A stretch of 64,000 nucleotides of DNA from Gemmatimonadales bacterium. GTDB taxonomy: Bacteria > Gemmatimonadota > Gemmatimonadetes > Gemmatimonadales > GWC2-71-9. Where the stretch lies: NCBI GenBank assembly GCA_041577295.1, contig JBFGJG010000005.1, forward strand, positions 32,001 to 96,000, in the 5' to 3' direction. Made by a program: the position numbers and the translations under genes. Shown here piece by piece: positions 30,788 through 41,668 of this stretch. Below the pieces are notes generated by a model, which was not told where the DNA came from, made no database searches, and saw only the letters and a program-made list of their open reading frames with translations. Position 1 is the stretch's first letter, and each line of letters starts with the position of its first letter.

Positions 30788-32163
30788 GCCGCCGTCTCCG
30801 CCAGCCGGTGGAGGAGCTCGGGACCCACATCGGTGATGTCCCCAGCACCCAAGGTGAGCACGACGTCTCCCTCTCGCACGAGTTCGCTAATCCGTTTCAC
30901 GAGCTCCTTTCTGTCTGGAGTCCATTCCACCACCGCACCCGCCAGGCGGGCAGCGTCGGCAACGACCGCGCCGGTGACGCCTGGAATCGGGGCCTCCCGC
31001 GCGGGGTAGATGGCCGTAACCAGGGCGACATCTGCCGCCGCCAGCGCAGTCCCGAGCGCCTCACCATGCAACTGGGTCCGCGAGAACAGGTGAGGCTGGA
31101 AGACCGCCACCACACGGGCCCCCGGAAACCGTTGTCGGGCAGCCGCGAGCGTGGCCGACACCTCTGTAGGATGGTGAGCGTAGTCGTCCACCACCGTGAT
31201 CCCTGCACATCGGCCCAGAATCTCGAACCGCCGCCCCACGCCTAGGAAGCCCTCTAGTGACCGGCCGGCGAGGGCGGCGTCATAACCCATCACAACGGCA
31301 ACGCCCACGGCCATCGCCGCATTTCGCACGTTGTGCATCCCCGGAATCGCCACGGTCAGAGCCACTTCCCGGCCTTCCGCCATCACCAGGCGCGCGGACG
31401 AACCAGCGGACGCGGCGCTCGTCTCCGTGATGCGCACGTCCGCGTCAGCATGCACGCCAACCCGCGTGACCGGCCGATCGATCGCGGCTGCGACCCGGCG
31501 CGCACCGGGGTCGTCCCATCCGACCAAAATCTGGTCGGCGTGTGCGGCGAACTCGGCAAAGGCTGCTTCGAGAGCGGACAGCGACCCGTAGCATTCCAGG
31601 TGATCCGCCTCGACGTTGTTGATTACGGCAATCGTGGGCCGGAGTGCGAGGAAGGCCTTGTCGTACTCGTCGGCCTCCACCACAAACACGTCATCACCCC
31701 CGATCCGCACGTTGCCTTCCCACGCCGCCACGCGCCCCCCCACGATCCCGGTCGGGTTGGCACCACAGCCCATCAAGGCCTCGGTGGTCATGGCGGTGGT
31801 AGTCGTCTTGCCATGGGTCCCGCTGATGGCAACCACCGTCCCGCGCTCGACCACCTGCCATAAGGCATCCGCGCGCCGCACGACGGCGACTCCCGCCTCT
31901 CGCGCGGCGACCAGCTCTGGATGATCAGTGGGGACCGCGGCTGTGTGTACGACAGCCCGTGCACCAGCGACGTGGCTGGGGTCGTGCCCGTTGTTCACGC
32001 GCACGCCCGCGCGGACCAGGTCGCTGGCCCCCCGTGGATTTAGATCGCATCCAGTGACCGTCACCCCGCGCTGACTGGCAATGAGCGCCAGGGCACTCAT
32101 CCCCGCACCGCCAATTCCCATGAAGTGGATGGGTCGGGGATCTGCTGGGGTGAACAGCTGCAT
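30784..32163 (-). CDS. murC: UDP-N-acetylmuramate--L-alanine ligase
   Basis: HFMGIGGAGMS, SGTHGKTTTT, EADEYD, DDYAHHPTE and FQPHLFSRT. Confidence 0.97.
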   Translation of the reverse strand: MQLFTPADPRPIHFMGIGGAGMSALALIASQRGVTVTGCDLNPRGASDLVRAGVRVNNGHDPSHVAGARAVVHTAAVPTDHPELVAAREAGVAVVRRADALWQVVERGTVVAISGTHGKTTTTAMTTEALMGCGANPTGIVGGRVAAWEGNVRIGGDDVFVVEADEYDKAFLALRPTIAVINNVEADHLECYGSLSALEAAFAEFAAHADQILVGWDDPGARRVAAAIDRPVTRVGVHADADVRITETSAASAGSSARLVMAEGREVALTVAIPGMHNVRNAAMAVGVAVVMGYDAALAGRSLEGFLGVGRRFEILGRCAGITVVDDYAHHPTEVSATLAAARQRFPGARVVAVFQPHLFSRTQLHGEALGTALAAADVALVTAIYPAREAPIPGVTGAVVADAARLAGAVVEWTPDRKELVKRISELVREGDVVLTLGAGDITDVGPELLHRLAETAA

Positions 32164-32215
32164 CGGTTGGGCAGCTAATATAAGGCGCCCACGAAAGTTC
32201 CGAAAGATTCTTAAC

Positions 32216-33307
32216 TTAGCTCACCATCGACCGTAGCTCGTGGGCGATCTCGAGCGCGGCATTCGGCCGCCCCCGTGCGCGCGCCGCGAGCGCCATCGCC
32301 TGCCGTTTCTCCGGTGCTCCCAAGAGACCGAGCACGTGCTCCCTGAGCACATCGGCGGTCAGCGTGGACTCCGGAACGTGGATCGCCGCTCCAGACTGGG
32401 CCAGCGCCTCGGCGTTCCGCTGTTGGTGGCCAGCGGCCGATGTCGGCAGGGGGATGAGAATCGATGGCAATCCCCACGCGCAGAGCTCCGCGGTGCTCAT
32501 CGCACCCGCCCTAGCGATTACTAGATCCGCCGCAGCGTAGGCCTGGTGAATTGGGTCCCAGAACGGCTTCACCTGACGGGACGGAGGAGCATTTAGAGGA
32601 GCATACTTTGACCACGAGATCTTGCCCGTGCTCCAGAGAAGTGCTACGTGATTCCACAGCCCCCGCTCGAGGCACTCGGCGACCACCTCGTTGACGCGTA
32701 GGGCGCCCTGGCTCCCTCCCATGACGAGTACCACCGGCACGTCGACAGGTATCCGGAGCACCGCCCGGGCCTCTGCGCGGTTTGGGGGAGTGCTTGGTGG
32801 AGGGACAATGGGGTTGCCGTGGTGAAAGACCCTGGTATGCCGGCCCAGAGCGAGGTGTTGCTGAGCTTCGGGAAACCCCAGATGGACTTGCGTGGCGAAC
32901 CGGGTGAGCAGCCTGGTGGTGAGTCCGGGAAAGGCGTTCTGCTCCTGGAGCGCGAGAGGGATGCCCATCTTGTGAGCGCGGTACAAGATCGGCCCCGCGG
33001 CGTAGCCGCCTGTTCCCACTGCGAACGCCGGCCGCTCGGTCCGTAATACCTGACCGCACTGCCGCCAGATTCTCAAGGCAAGGAGGGGCCACCGGAGGTT
33101 CTTCCACCATTGGCGTCGATACAACGGCTCGACGGGCATGAGGTGGTATCGAAAGGGGCGCTCGGGCAGGATCGTCGCGTCCACGCCGCGGGTGGCCCCG
33201 ACCAGCACGGGTTCGACGTCAGGGTCGATCTTTCGCAGGGCCTCTGCGAGCGCGAGGGCGGGCATGAGATGACCACCGGTCCCGCCCCCTGCGATCAGCA
33301 CCCGCAT
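32216..33307 (-). CDS. murG: Lipid II GlcNAc transferase MurG
   Basis: AGGGTGGH, GTGGY, EQN, GGSQGA, RAGA and HQQRNA. Confidence 0.97.
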   Translation of the reverse strand: MRVLIAGGGTGGHLMPALALAEALRKIDPDVEPVLVGATRGVDATILPERPFRYHLMPVEPLYRRQWWKNLRWPLLALRIWRQCGQVLRTERPAFAVGTGGYAAGPILYRAHKMGIPLALQEQNAFPGLTTRLLTRFATQVHLGFPEAQQHLALGRHTRVFHHGNPIVPPPSTPPNRAEARAVLRIPVDVPVVLVMGGSQGALRVNEVVAECLERGLWNHVALLWSTGKISWSKYAPLNAPPSRQVKPFWDPIHQAYAAADLVIARAGAMSTAELCAWGLPSILIPLPTSAAGHQQRNAEALAQSGAAIHVPESTLTADVLREHVLGLLGAPEKRQAMALAARARGRPNAALEIAHELRSMVS

Positions 33308-33313
33308 GTCGGG

Positions 33314-34465
33314 TCAGGTCCGATCTCGTTGCTTTCCGATGTTGATCAGCATCCCGGTCGCGATGAGCGAGACGAGCAGGTGCGTGCCCCCGTACGACAG
33401 GAACGGCAGGGGGAGTCCGGTGGTGGGCATGAGCTGGAGCGTCACCGTTATGTGTAACAGGGCGGTGAGGCCGATCAGGGCCGTGAGGCCGGATGCGAGC
33501 AGGGTCCCAAAGCGATCCGCGGCGGTGCGGGCGATATGAAAGCCGAGCACCACGAACGACGTGTAAAGCGTGAGCAGGACCAGCACCCCGGCAAAGCCAA
33601 ATTCTTCACCAATCGTGCTGAAGATGAAATCCGACGAGGCGTGCGGCAGGTAACCGAGCTTCTGCATGCCCTCACCAAACCCGACCCCGAAGGCACCCCC
33701 CGATCCGATACCGATAACCGACTGCTCGATCTGCCAGCCCACCTCTGCTGTTGCTCCCTCACCAAAGCCGAGCATGACGAGAATCGAGTCGACGAACTGC
33801 TTGATTCGGGTGACGCGGTATGGCTCCGCCAGGATCGCAATCCCGAGGGCTGGAAGACCGAGGAACGCCAGCAACAGGAAATGTCCGATGCGGGCCCCGG
33901 CGACGAACGCAACGATGGCACCTAACAGGAGCAGACGCGCCGCAGTGGAGAGATCCGGTTCGATCACGATCAGCAGCGACAGGGTGAGCAAGACGACCAG
34001 GATGGGCACGACACCGCGACGGAAGTTCCGGATGAGCTTCTGCTTTTTCGTCGCGATCGTCGCAGTCCAGATCACGGCCGCGAGGGTTGCCAGCTCGGAG
34101 GGCTGCATGCTAAACGGGCCGAGTCGGATCCAGCGGCGAGCCCCGTTGATCTCTGGCGCAACGGCATGCGTGAAGGGGAGGACGACGATGATCAACAGCA
34201 GCAGCGAAACACCGATCCACGACCACGCAACCCAGTACGAGCCCCACAGGTGGTAATCGGTGCGAGCAAAGGTCACCAGGAGAATCGCGCCGATCAGCGC
34301 AGCGATCAGCTGCTTGACCGCGAAGTACCATCCGGGCTGACCGAGTCCGACCGCATGGATACTCGATGCGGCGTACACCAGGGCGATGCCGAGAACCACC
34401 AGGCTTACGGCGATGAGGCCGAGGAGACGCGGCTGCCATTGGTCGGCTGCGGTCACGCGTGGCAT
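33314..34465 (-). CDS. ftsW: SEDS peptidoglycan polymerase FtsW
   Basis: NGARRWI, QPSE, EPD, LPHASSDFIF...EEFG and PTTGLPLPFLSYGG. Confidence 0.94.
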   Translation of the reverse strand: MPRVTAADQWQPRLLGLIAVSLVVLGIALVYAASSIHAVGLGQPGWYFAVKQLIAALIGAILLVTFARTDYHLWGSYWVAWSWIGVSLLLLIIVVLPFTHAVAPEINGARRWIRLGPFSMQPSELATLAAVIWTATIATKKQKLIRNFRRGVVPILVVLLTLSLLIVIEPDLSTAARLLLLGAIVAFVAGARIGHFLLLAFLGLPALGIAILAEPYRVTRIKQFVDSILVMLGFGEGATAEVGWQIEQSVIGIGSGGAFGVGFGEGMQKLGYLPHASSDFIFSTIGEEFGFAGVLVLLTLYTSFVVLGFHIARTAADRFGTLLASGLTALIGLTALLHITVTLQLMPTTGLPLPFLSYGGTHLLVSLIATGMLINIGKQRDRT

Positions 34466-35805
34466 AACTCGCTCACTAGAGCGCGGAATCGCTCTCCCCG
34501 CTCCTCGAAGTTTTGAAACTGATCGTAGCTCGCGCAGGCCGGAGCCAGCAGCACCACGTCGCCAGGACGCGCGAGCCGTGTCGCCTGCTGGACGGCGTCG
34601 TCGAAGCCTGCGACCGGATAGACCGGCAATTGACCCAGCGCGGCGGCCAACTGGTCACGGGCCTCGCCGTATGCTACTACCGCCCTGCACCGTCGCGGTA
34701 GCGCTGCGGCGAGCGCGCCGAACGACTCTCCTTTTTGACGGCCACCGACGATGAGCACGAAGGGCGACACGATCGCAGCAACCGCGCGCGTGGCCGCTGC
34801 GACGTTGGTGGCCTTGGAATCATTGACAAACTGCACACCACCCACCTCGCCCACCGGCTCTAACCGGTGTGGCGGTGCGCGAAACGACCGCAGACCCACG
34901 ATCAGCTGATCGAAGGTGATCTGGGCGATGCCCGCCGCCAGCACCGCTGCGAGGGCGTTGGCCACGTTGTGATCGCCTAGCAACGCGAAATCGGTCCGGG
35001 GTAGGAGTGCTTTGGTGCCCACCATGAGCACGCCGCGTTCCCGGTCAAGCCAGGCATCGACTCTCTGGGTCAAGCTGAACAGGAGGCGATGGCCCGCGGC
35101 CCCCGCGGCGAGCGCCAGGACATCGCGTTCATCTCCGTTCAACACCCAGGTGCTCGCGCCGGTGGCGTTGCGAAAGAGGAGCTGCTTGTCCGCGTAGTAC
35201 GCAGCCTGATTTGGGTATCGATCCAGGTGATCCGGCGCCAGGTTCGTGAGGACCCCGACGGTGGGGCTGAGGGTGGGCGAATCGTGCAGCTGAAACGAGG
35301 ATGCTTCCACCACGATCCACGCCGGCGGATCCTCGTCGGTGGCCAGCTCGATCAACGGCCGGCCGATATTGCCCGCGGCGGCCGTCCCGATACCTGCCGA
35401 CTGGAGCAGATGCGCAATCAGCGCGGTCGTCGTGGTCTTGCCGTTGGTGCCAGTGACCACGATCAGGCGTGAGTGGTCGAGCGCCCGTGCGGCGAGGTCC
35501 AATTCCGCCACGATCGGGCGTCCGGCTTCTCGCGCCGCGACTATCGGTGGCGCATCGGGCGGCACACCGGGGGAGACCACCACCACGGAGGCTCGCCGGA
35601 TCCGATCGAGATCGTGACGACCCAGCTCGATGCTGAGCCGTTCGTGCTGCAGGGCCGCCGTGCTGGCGCGCAGGGCAGGACGATCCGCCGCATCCGACGC
35701 GTAGACCGTTATCCCCTGCCCTACCAACCACCCAGCGGCCGCCGTGCCGCTCTTCCCAAGCCCGATCACCGCCACCTCTCCCCTTCGCCACGCCTGGGGG
35801 ATCAT
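34453..35805 (-). CDS. murD: UDP-MurNAc-L-Ala--D-glutamate ligase
   Basis: GLGKSG, TGTNGKTTT, EASSFQL, NDSKATN and APACASYDQF. Confidence 0.96.
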   Translation of the reverse strand: MIPQAWRRGEVAVIGLGKSGTAAAGWLVGQGITVYASDAADRPALRASTAALQHERLSIELGRHDLDRIRRASVVVVSPGVPPDAPPIVAAREAGRPIVAELDLAARALDHSRLIVVTGTNGKTTTTALIAHLLQSAGIGTAAAGNIGRPLIELATDEDPPAWIVVEASSFQLHDSPTLSPTVGVLTNLAPDHLDRYPNQAAYYADKQLLFRNATGASTWVLNGDERDVLALAAGAAGHRLLFSLTQRVDAWLDRERGVLMVGTKALLPRTDFALLGDHNVANALAAVLAAGIAQITFDQLIVGLRSFRAPPHRLEPVGEVGGVQFVNDSKATNVAAATRAVAAIVSPFVLIVGGRQKGESFGALAAALPRRCRAVVAYGEARDQLAAALGQLPVYPVAGFDDAVQQATRLARPGDVVLLAPACASYDQFQNFEERGERFRALVSELCHA

Positions 35806-36923
35806 CGAATCTTGAGCGTCGAGAGCGCGAGCAGCGCGCAGAGAATCCCCAGGATGTAGAACCGCGTCACGACCTTGGATTCAGGCCAGCCGATCTGTTC
35901 GAAATGGTGATGGAGCGGCGCCATGCGGAACACACGATGTTGGTCCGCGTAGTCGCGACCCCGCCTCCATTTGTGCCAGCGAAACACACCGGTTTGGATG
36001 ATCACCGACAGGGTCTCAGCCACGAAGACACCACCGATGAGAAGCAGGAGGAACTCGGACTTGAGCAGGATGGCGACCGTTCCGAACGCCCCGCCAATCG
36101 CCAGGCTCCCGGTATCGCCCATGAAGACCTGCGCGGGATGCGCGTTGAACCACAGGAACCCCAGGGCGGCGCCCATGAGGCTCGAGCAAAAGATGGCCAT
36201 CTCACCGGCGCCACGGAGATAGTAGACCTGGAGATACTCCGAAGCGTCGATACGGCCGAACAAGTACGCAAAGATCGCGAACGCCCCGGCGGCGATCACG
36301 GTCAGCCCCGTGGCGAGCCCATCGAGACCGTCCGTCAGATTCACGGCATTGGAGGTCCCGGTGATAATGAACGTCACGAAAGCAACGTAGAGAACCCCGG
36401 GAAGGTACAGCAGCACGTACTTGAAGAATGGCAGCTGCGTCGCGTTCGCTGCTACGGTGTCGGCCAACGGGAAGGTCAGCAGATAGGACCCCAACACGAC
36501 CCCGAGCGTCACCTGTCCAATCAGTTTGTACCGCGCTACGAGGCCTCGCGACTTCTCCTGGATGTACTTGAGGTAATCATCGACGAAGCCGATCGTGCCC
36601 ATCCACAGCGTAGCCAATACAGCAACCAGCACGTACCGGTTGTCCAGACGCGCCCACAGGAGTGCGGGCAAGACCGTGCCGATCAGGATGATCACGCCAC
36701 CCATGGTCGGTGTACCACGCTTCGAGTGGTGTGACGCGGGCCCTTCAGCGCGGACGACTTGTCCGATGTTGCGCCGTCTGAGCACACGGATCAGGGTGGG
36801 CCCGATCACGAACGTCAACAGGATCGCGGTCACCGTAGCCGCCGCTGCCCGAAAGGTCAGGTAGTTGAACAGATTGAAGACGATGTGCTTCGACGCGAGC
36901 GGGGCTAGGAGGTGGTAGAGCAC
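35802..36923 (-). CDS. mraY: Phospho-MurNAc-pentapeptide transferase
   Basis: KRGTPTMGG, GFVDDY, NAVNLTDGLDGL, FMGDTGS and MAPLHHHFE. Confidence 0.98.
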   Translation of the reverse strand: MLYHLLAPLASKHIVFNLFNYLTFRAAAATVTAILLTFVIGPTLIRVLRRRNIGQVVRAEGPASHHSKRGTPTMGGVIILIGTVLPALLWARLDNRYVLVAVLATLWMGTIGFVDDYLKYIQEKSRGLVARYKLIGQVTLGVVLGSYLLTFPLADTVAANATQLPFFKYVLLYLPGVLYVAFVTFIITGTSNAVNLTDGLDGLATGLTVIAAGAFAIFAYLFGRIDASEYLQVYYLRGAGEMAIFCSSLMGAALGFLWFNAHPAQVFMGDTGSLAIGGAFGTVAILLKSEFLLLLIGGVFVAETLSVIIQTGVFRWHKWRRGRDYADQHRVFRMAPLHHHFEQIGWPESKVVTRFYILGILCALLALSTLKIR

Positions 36924-38269
36924 GAGTGCTGATCGTCCGGTAGCAGGTGAGGAAGCGCACGTTCCATATGCACGCCCCGGGATCCCTTGAGCAAGATCAA
37001 CTCGTTCCCCGCGAGGCGAGCCGCCACGAGCTTGCCAACCGCGCCGGGGTCCTCTCCCAGCACGAGCCGGTCACCCAAGCTAGCGGCGTGACGCTCGAGC
37101 GCCGGTACGAACGCCCCGACTGCCGCCACCAACGCAGGTTGCATTGCAACGACCTTGTCCGCCATCTCGCGGTGCAAGCGATCGCTCTCCTTGCCGAGTT
37201 CTAACATTGTACCGAGTATGACGACGAGCGGGCGATTCTCACACATCGCCGCCACGGTGGCGAGCGATGCCGAGAGCGATCCGGGATTTGCATTGTAGGC
37301 ATCATGAACCACTGTGAGTCCGCGCCGCTCGATGACCTCGCACCGGCCCGGTGGCAGGGCGACGGTCTCAAGGGCGTCGCGCGCGGCTTCGAGGTCTACT
37401 GCGAGCTCGATGGCCACCGCCAGGGCCACCATCGCGTTGTCCGCCTGATGCACACCAACGAGCGGTAGCGTCACCTCAATCCCTCGAACGACCAACTCGG
37501 CATGCCCGTTCGCCTTCACCGACCAGCGATCGGGGCGCACATCGGCAGGTGCCTCGAGACCAGCCACGATCACTCGCCCGGCGACGGCTTGAGCGCGCCC
37601 TGCCAACTCCGGTGGTTTCGTCCCGACCACCGCGGTGGGCACCTGGTCGAGCAGCGACACCTTTTCGGCCAGCGTGCTCTCTAGCGATCCAAACCCTTCG
37701 AGATGCCCCGCAGAGACATTGGTGACCACGCCAACCGTGGGCTCAATGATCTTCCGCAGGCGGCGCAACTCGCCCGGCAGGTTGGCACCAGCCTCGACCA
37801 CGAGGGCCTCGCAGTCAGCGGGTGCCGCCAAAATCGTGAGTGGCACACCGACCAAGTTGTTCTGATTCTCCCGCGTCGTTTGCACGCGCCAACGGGTGCC
37901 GAGCACGCAGCCCAGCATTTCTTTCGTAGACGTCTTACCATTTGTCCCGGTCACGGCCACCACGGGACCGGTCACCTCTCCCCGGCGTGCACGGGCAAGC
38001 ACCCCGAGGGCGACGAGTGTGTCGTCCACCTCAAAGAACGTCAAGCCATCGACGGTGCGCGTTCCTTTCCGCACGACGGCTCCGGTGGCGCCGCGTCGCC
38101 GGGCCTCCTCGAGAAAGTCATGGCCGTCGAAGTGCTCGCCCACCAATGCCACGAAGAGCGCCTCAGCGCGGAGCGATCGAGTGTCGGTGCTGATCGAGGA
38201 AAACACCTGACGCTTGCCAATCGAGGTCTTCAGGATCTCGGCTACGCGTGGCGAGGACCACTCCATCAC
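36905..38269 (-). CDS. murF: UDP-MurNAc-tripeptide--D-Ala-D-Ala ligase
   Basis: STDTR, TGTNGKTSTKE, DAYNANPGS, GTMLELG and LKGSRG. Confidence 0.95.
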   Translation of the reverse strand: MMEWSSPRVAEILKTSIGKRQVFSSISTDTRSLRAEALFVALVGEHFDGHDFLEEARRRGATGAVVRKGTRTVDGLTFFEVDDTLVALGVLARARRGEVTGPVVAVTGTNGKTSTKEMLGCVLGTRWRVQTTRENQNNLVGVPLTILAAPADCEALVVEAGANLPGELRRLRKIIEPTVGVVTNVSAGHLEGFGSLESTLAEKVSLLDQVPTAVVGTKPPELAGRAQAVAGRVIVAGLEAPADVRPDRWSVKANGHAELVVRGIEVTLPLVGVHQADNAMVALAVAIELAVDLEAARDALETVALPPGRCEVIERRGLTVVHDAYNANPGSLSASLATVAAMCENRPLVVILGTMLELGKESDRLHREMADKVVAMQPALVAAVGAFVPALERHAASLGDRLVLGEDPGAVGKLVAARLAGNELILLKGSRGVHMERALPHLLPDDQHSCSTTS

Positions 38270-39738
38270 GCAGCCGCCAGATCTCGCAGCGCCTGCTGGA
38301 CGATCGCAGGCTCGTCGAACGGGAGCTTTTCGGTGCCCACGACCTGATACGTCTCGTGCCCTTTGCCCGCGAGCACGAGGCAGTCACCCGGTTTGAGCAG
38401 GCCGATCGCGTGAATGATCGCCTCGCGCCGGTCGGTGATTCGGGCGTACGTGGCTCCCTGCATTCCGGCTTCGATGTCATCGATGATTCGATCGGGGTCT
38501 TCCGTACGTGGATTGTCGGACGTCACGATGGCGATGTCCGCACCGCGCGCCGCGATCGATCCCATGAGCGGTCGCTTTCGGCGGTCGCGGTCGCCGCCGG
38601 CTCCGAATAGGACCAGTAGCCGCCCCTTCGTGATGGGACGCAGGGACTCGAGGACCCGCTCGAGCGCATCGGGTGTGTGAGCGTAGTCGCGTACGATCTG
38701 AAACTCCGCGTCGACCAACTGCTCCATGCGCCCCGCGACTTGTGGGGCTTCGCATAGGCGCTCGGCGATACGCGCCACGTCTATCCCCAGTGCCCACGCC
38801 GCCCCAGACGCCGCCAACGCGTTGCTCACATTGAATGCGCCGATGAGCGGAAGCCTCACGGGTGCGGCGAAGTCCGCGACTCGGAGCGTGAAGCTGGCGC
38901 CGCCATTCTCCAGTCGCACCGCTGTTGCGTGAACGTCCGCCTCGGCCTTCCAGCCATATGTGATACGCTGTACCCTGGACTGCCGCGGAAGCACATCCTT
39001 CCAGGCAGGATCGTCGGCGTTCACGACCTCCGTCCCGCCGTCCCGGAGGAGCGTCGCAAGCCGTGCCTTTGCGGCGCCGTAGGCCTCGAGCGTTTGGTGG
39101 TAGTCGAGGTGGTCATGAGTGAGATTGGTAAACACGCCCGCAGCGAGCGTCACTGTCTCCAGGCGCCGCTGATCGAGCGCGTGCGACGATGCCTCCATCA
39201 CGACCCGCCGAACACCGCGTACACGCAGGGCGGCGAGCGCACTCTGCAGCTGGACGGCGCCGGGTGTGGTGAGGGTTTGATAGCCAGAGAGCAGGCAACC
39301 GCTGCCATCTCTCGCCCCGAGCGTGCCCAGCGACCCCGCGGCGCCTTCGGCATTCAGCAGGTGCCAAATGAGCGCCACCGTCGTCGACTTACCGTTGGTG
39401 CCGGTGACGCCGACAATGTCCAGCATGTCCGCTGGACGTCCGTACCACTCTCGTGCAGCGATGGCTGCCGCCGTGCGGCCGTCGCGCACCACGATCTGGG
39501 GGAGCGTGAGGTGGCGGGGGGTCTGTACGAGGGCGCACGCGGCACCGCGGCGCTGCGCATCTTCCAAAAAACGATGACCGTCCATCGCCGTCCCGACGAT
39601 GGCACAGAACAGCGCGCCTTGGGTCACCTGTCGTGAGTCGTCGGCGACACCCGAGATCTCCGCTGGCAGGGAGTCCGGGACCGAGACGGTTTGGTGGGCG
39701 TGCTGGAGAGCATCGACGATCGCCTGCAACGAGTTCAT
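38266..39738 (-). CDS. murE: UDP-MurNAc-dipeptide--meso-DAP ligase
   Basis: GVTGTNGKST, MEASSH, DHLDYH, DYAHTPD, DNPR (DAP-specific) and AGKGHE. Confidence 0.96.
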   Translation of the reverse strand: MNSLQAIVDALQHAHQTVSVPDSLPAEISGVADDSRQVTQGALFCAIVGTAMDGHRFLEDAQRRGAACALVQTPRHLTLPQIVVRDGRTAAAIAAREWYGRPADMLDIVGVTGTNGKSTTVALIWHLLNAEGAAGSLGTLGARDGSGCLLSGYQTLTTPGAVQLQSALAALRVRGVRRVVMEASSHALDQRRLETVTLAAGVFTNLTHDHLDYHQTLEAYGAAKARLATLLRDGGTEVVNADDPAWKDVLPRQSRVQRITYGWKAEADVHATAVRLENGGASFTLRVADFAAPVRLPLIGAFNVSNALAASGAAWALGIDVARIAERLCEAPQVAGRMEQLVDAEFQIVRDYAHTPDALERVLESLRPITKGRLLVLFGAGGDRDRRKRPLMGSIAARGADIAIVTSDNPRTEDPDRIIDDIEAGMQGATYARITDRREAIIHAIGLLKPGDCLVLAGKGHETYQVVGTEKLPFDEPAIVQQALRDLAAA

Positions 39739-41666
39739 GGCGATGGACGGTCCTCCACCCCGACCAGCGTGATCAGCGTTCCGGTGCGCACCCGGGCCCC
39801 CGCGCCCGGGCGCGTGGCGGTCACCCTCCCCCATCCCTCGAGCGTGGTGCGCAGGCCTTCGCCGTGCAGCCGCCTCACCGCGTCGCGCACCGGCAGCCCC
39901 CGCACATCTGGGACGCGACGGCGTTCGGGCTCATGGATCTCGAACTCAACCGGCCACGGTGTCACATACGGTACCGTGCCGGCACCAATTGCCGGATCTG
40001 GCTCCCCATCGGCGTGACTCATGGCGAGGACACCGCGGTCGATTGTGCCCGACTCCGTTGCCAACACGCGTTCAAGCACTGCGCGCGTCACAGGCGCCGC
40101 TGTCAGCCGCGCGTAGGCTCCGCGCGGATCGTCGAGCTTGACCACCATGACGATCTGCGGCGCGTCGGCGGGAAAGATCGACGCAAAGGTCGCGGTGTAG
40201 GACCCGGGGATGTACCCCGCCGGTCCGGCGCGCCGCGCCGTGCCCGTCTTCCCCGCAACTTCGGACGATACGAGCGCCACGGGATCGCCCGTCCCACCAC
40301 GATAGACGACGCCCCGCAGCATCTCGCGCAACTGCGCGGCAACGTCTCGCGACACCGCGCGCCGCACCGGTTCTGGCCGGTGTTGATAAGTGGTCTTGCC
40401 CGCGGGCGTCCGGATGGAACTGACGAGCGTGGGACGCAGCAGCACGCCCTCGTTGGCGATCGCGGCATAAGCCGCCGCCAACTGGAGCGGCGTGACGGCG
40501 ACTTCATATCCGATCGCGAGGCTCGCCGGCGTCGTACCGCTCCACGCCGACGGCGGCCGCAGTATGCCGGCTGCCTCTGAAGGAAACTCGACACCTGTGG
40601 GGCTGCCGAGACCGAAATCGCGCAACATTTCGTACTGCCGCTCGGGCGCCAGCTCCCGCGTCGCTTTCACGATACCGATGTTGCTCGACCGCTCGACCAC
40701 TTGTTGGAGGGTGAGCCAACCCTCGGCATGCTCATCGCGGATCACGCGTTTCCCGAGCTGGTACGTGCCCTGCTCGGCCCAGATCGAGTCGTCCGGCGTC
40801 GCCAGCTCGTGCTGCAGCAGGGCGGCCGCCGCGAAGATCTTCGCCGTCGACCCCGGCTCGAACACACTCGTCAACGCCGTCGCGGTTCCGCGCAGGCCAG
40901 GCCCACGCGACGCCAGCGCCAAGATCTCCCCCGTGCTTGGGCGAATGATGACGACGTCACCGCCCGCAGCGTCGAAACGTTCGATCGCTTCATCGAGGGC
41001 CTGTTGGGAGATCTCCTGCAAATCGGCATCGATGGTGAGGTAGAGGTCGTGCCCAGGAACGGGAAAGGCGTCTAGCCGCGACGGTGAGTCGTACTCCACG
41101 CCAAAGCGGTCACGTAGCCGCACCGTATAGCCGGGCTTTCCCGTGAGCACCGAATCGAACACGGACTCCAGTCCACTTGCACGTCGCCCGTCGGCCGCCG
41201 GTCGCCCGATGATCGAGCGCGCGAGATCCGGGTTGGGATAGAAGCGAACAGATTCCGCGAGGCGATGCACACCCTTGATCCGCCGGATCGGTTCGAGTTC
41301 GGCCGCCGTGAACGGACCGGGGATATGGGCCCACCGGCCGCGTCGAAATCGCCGCTCGATGTCTCGCGGGCGGAGCCCCAGCGCCTTCGCGATCTCAGGA
41401 AGATCTGTCTCCGGCTTGCGCAGTTGATCCCGGGCAATGCCCACGTCGTAGACCTCGTGGGTGATCGCGAGCGCCACTCCGTGTCGGTCGTAAATGGCGC
41501 CGCGCGGCGCCTCGAGGATCCGCCCTCTGGTCCGTTGCGCCTCGGCGCTCGCACGGTGCTCATCGCCCTCGAGGAGCTGGACCTGCGCGGCCCGCCCGAT
41601 GATGGCCAAGAGGCCAATGAAAAATGCGCCGGCCACGAAGCTCAACCGGGTCGTTGGCTTGGCCAC
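39735..41666 (-). CDS. ftsI: Class B penicillin-binding protein FtsI with C-terminal PASTA domain
   Basis: PRGAIYDR, EPGSTAK (SxxK), SSN, GKTGTA and VPDVRG PASTA. Confidence 0.93.
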   Translation of the reverse strand: MAKPTTRLSFVAGAFFIGLLAIIGRAAQVQLLEGDEHRASAEAQRTRGRILEAPRGAIYDRHGVALAITHEVYDVGIARDQLRKPETDLPEIAKALGLRPRDIERRFRRGRWAHIPGPFTAAELEPIRRIKGVHRLAESVRFYPNPDLARSIIGRPAADGRRASGLESVFDSVLTGKPGYTVRLRDRFGVEYDSPSRLDAFPVPGHDLYLTIDADLQEISQQALDEAIERFDAAGGDVVIIRPSTGEILALASRGPGLRGTATALTSVFEPGSTAKIFAAAALLQHELATPDDSIWAEQGTYQLGKRVIRDEHAEGWLTLQQVVERSSNIGIVKATRELAPERQYEMLRDFGLGSPTGVEFPSEAAGILRPPSAWSGTTPASLAIGYEVAVTPLQLAAAYAAIANEGVLLRPTLVSSIRTPAGKTTYQHRPEPVRRAVSRDVAAQLREMLRGVVYRGGTGDPVALVSSEVAGKTGTARRAGPAGYIPGSYTATFASIFPADAPQIVMVVKLDDPRGAYARLTAAPVTRAVLERVLATESGTIDRGVLAMSHADGEPDPAIGAGTVPYVTPWPVEFEIHEPERRRVPDVRGLPVRDAVRRLHGEGLRTTLEGWGRVTATRPGAGARVRTGTLITLVGVEDRPSP

Positions 41667-41668
41667 GT

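Noticed and set aside
32164..32215. Internal promoter before murC (TATATT at 32182-32177)
   Set aside because: The -10 is plausible but the -35 (TTTCGG) is weak, so I did not call it.
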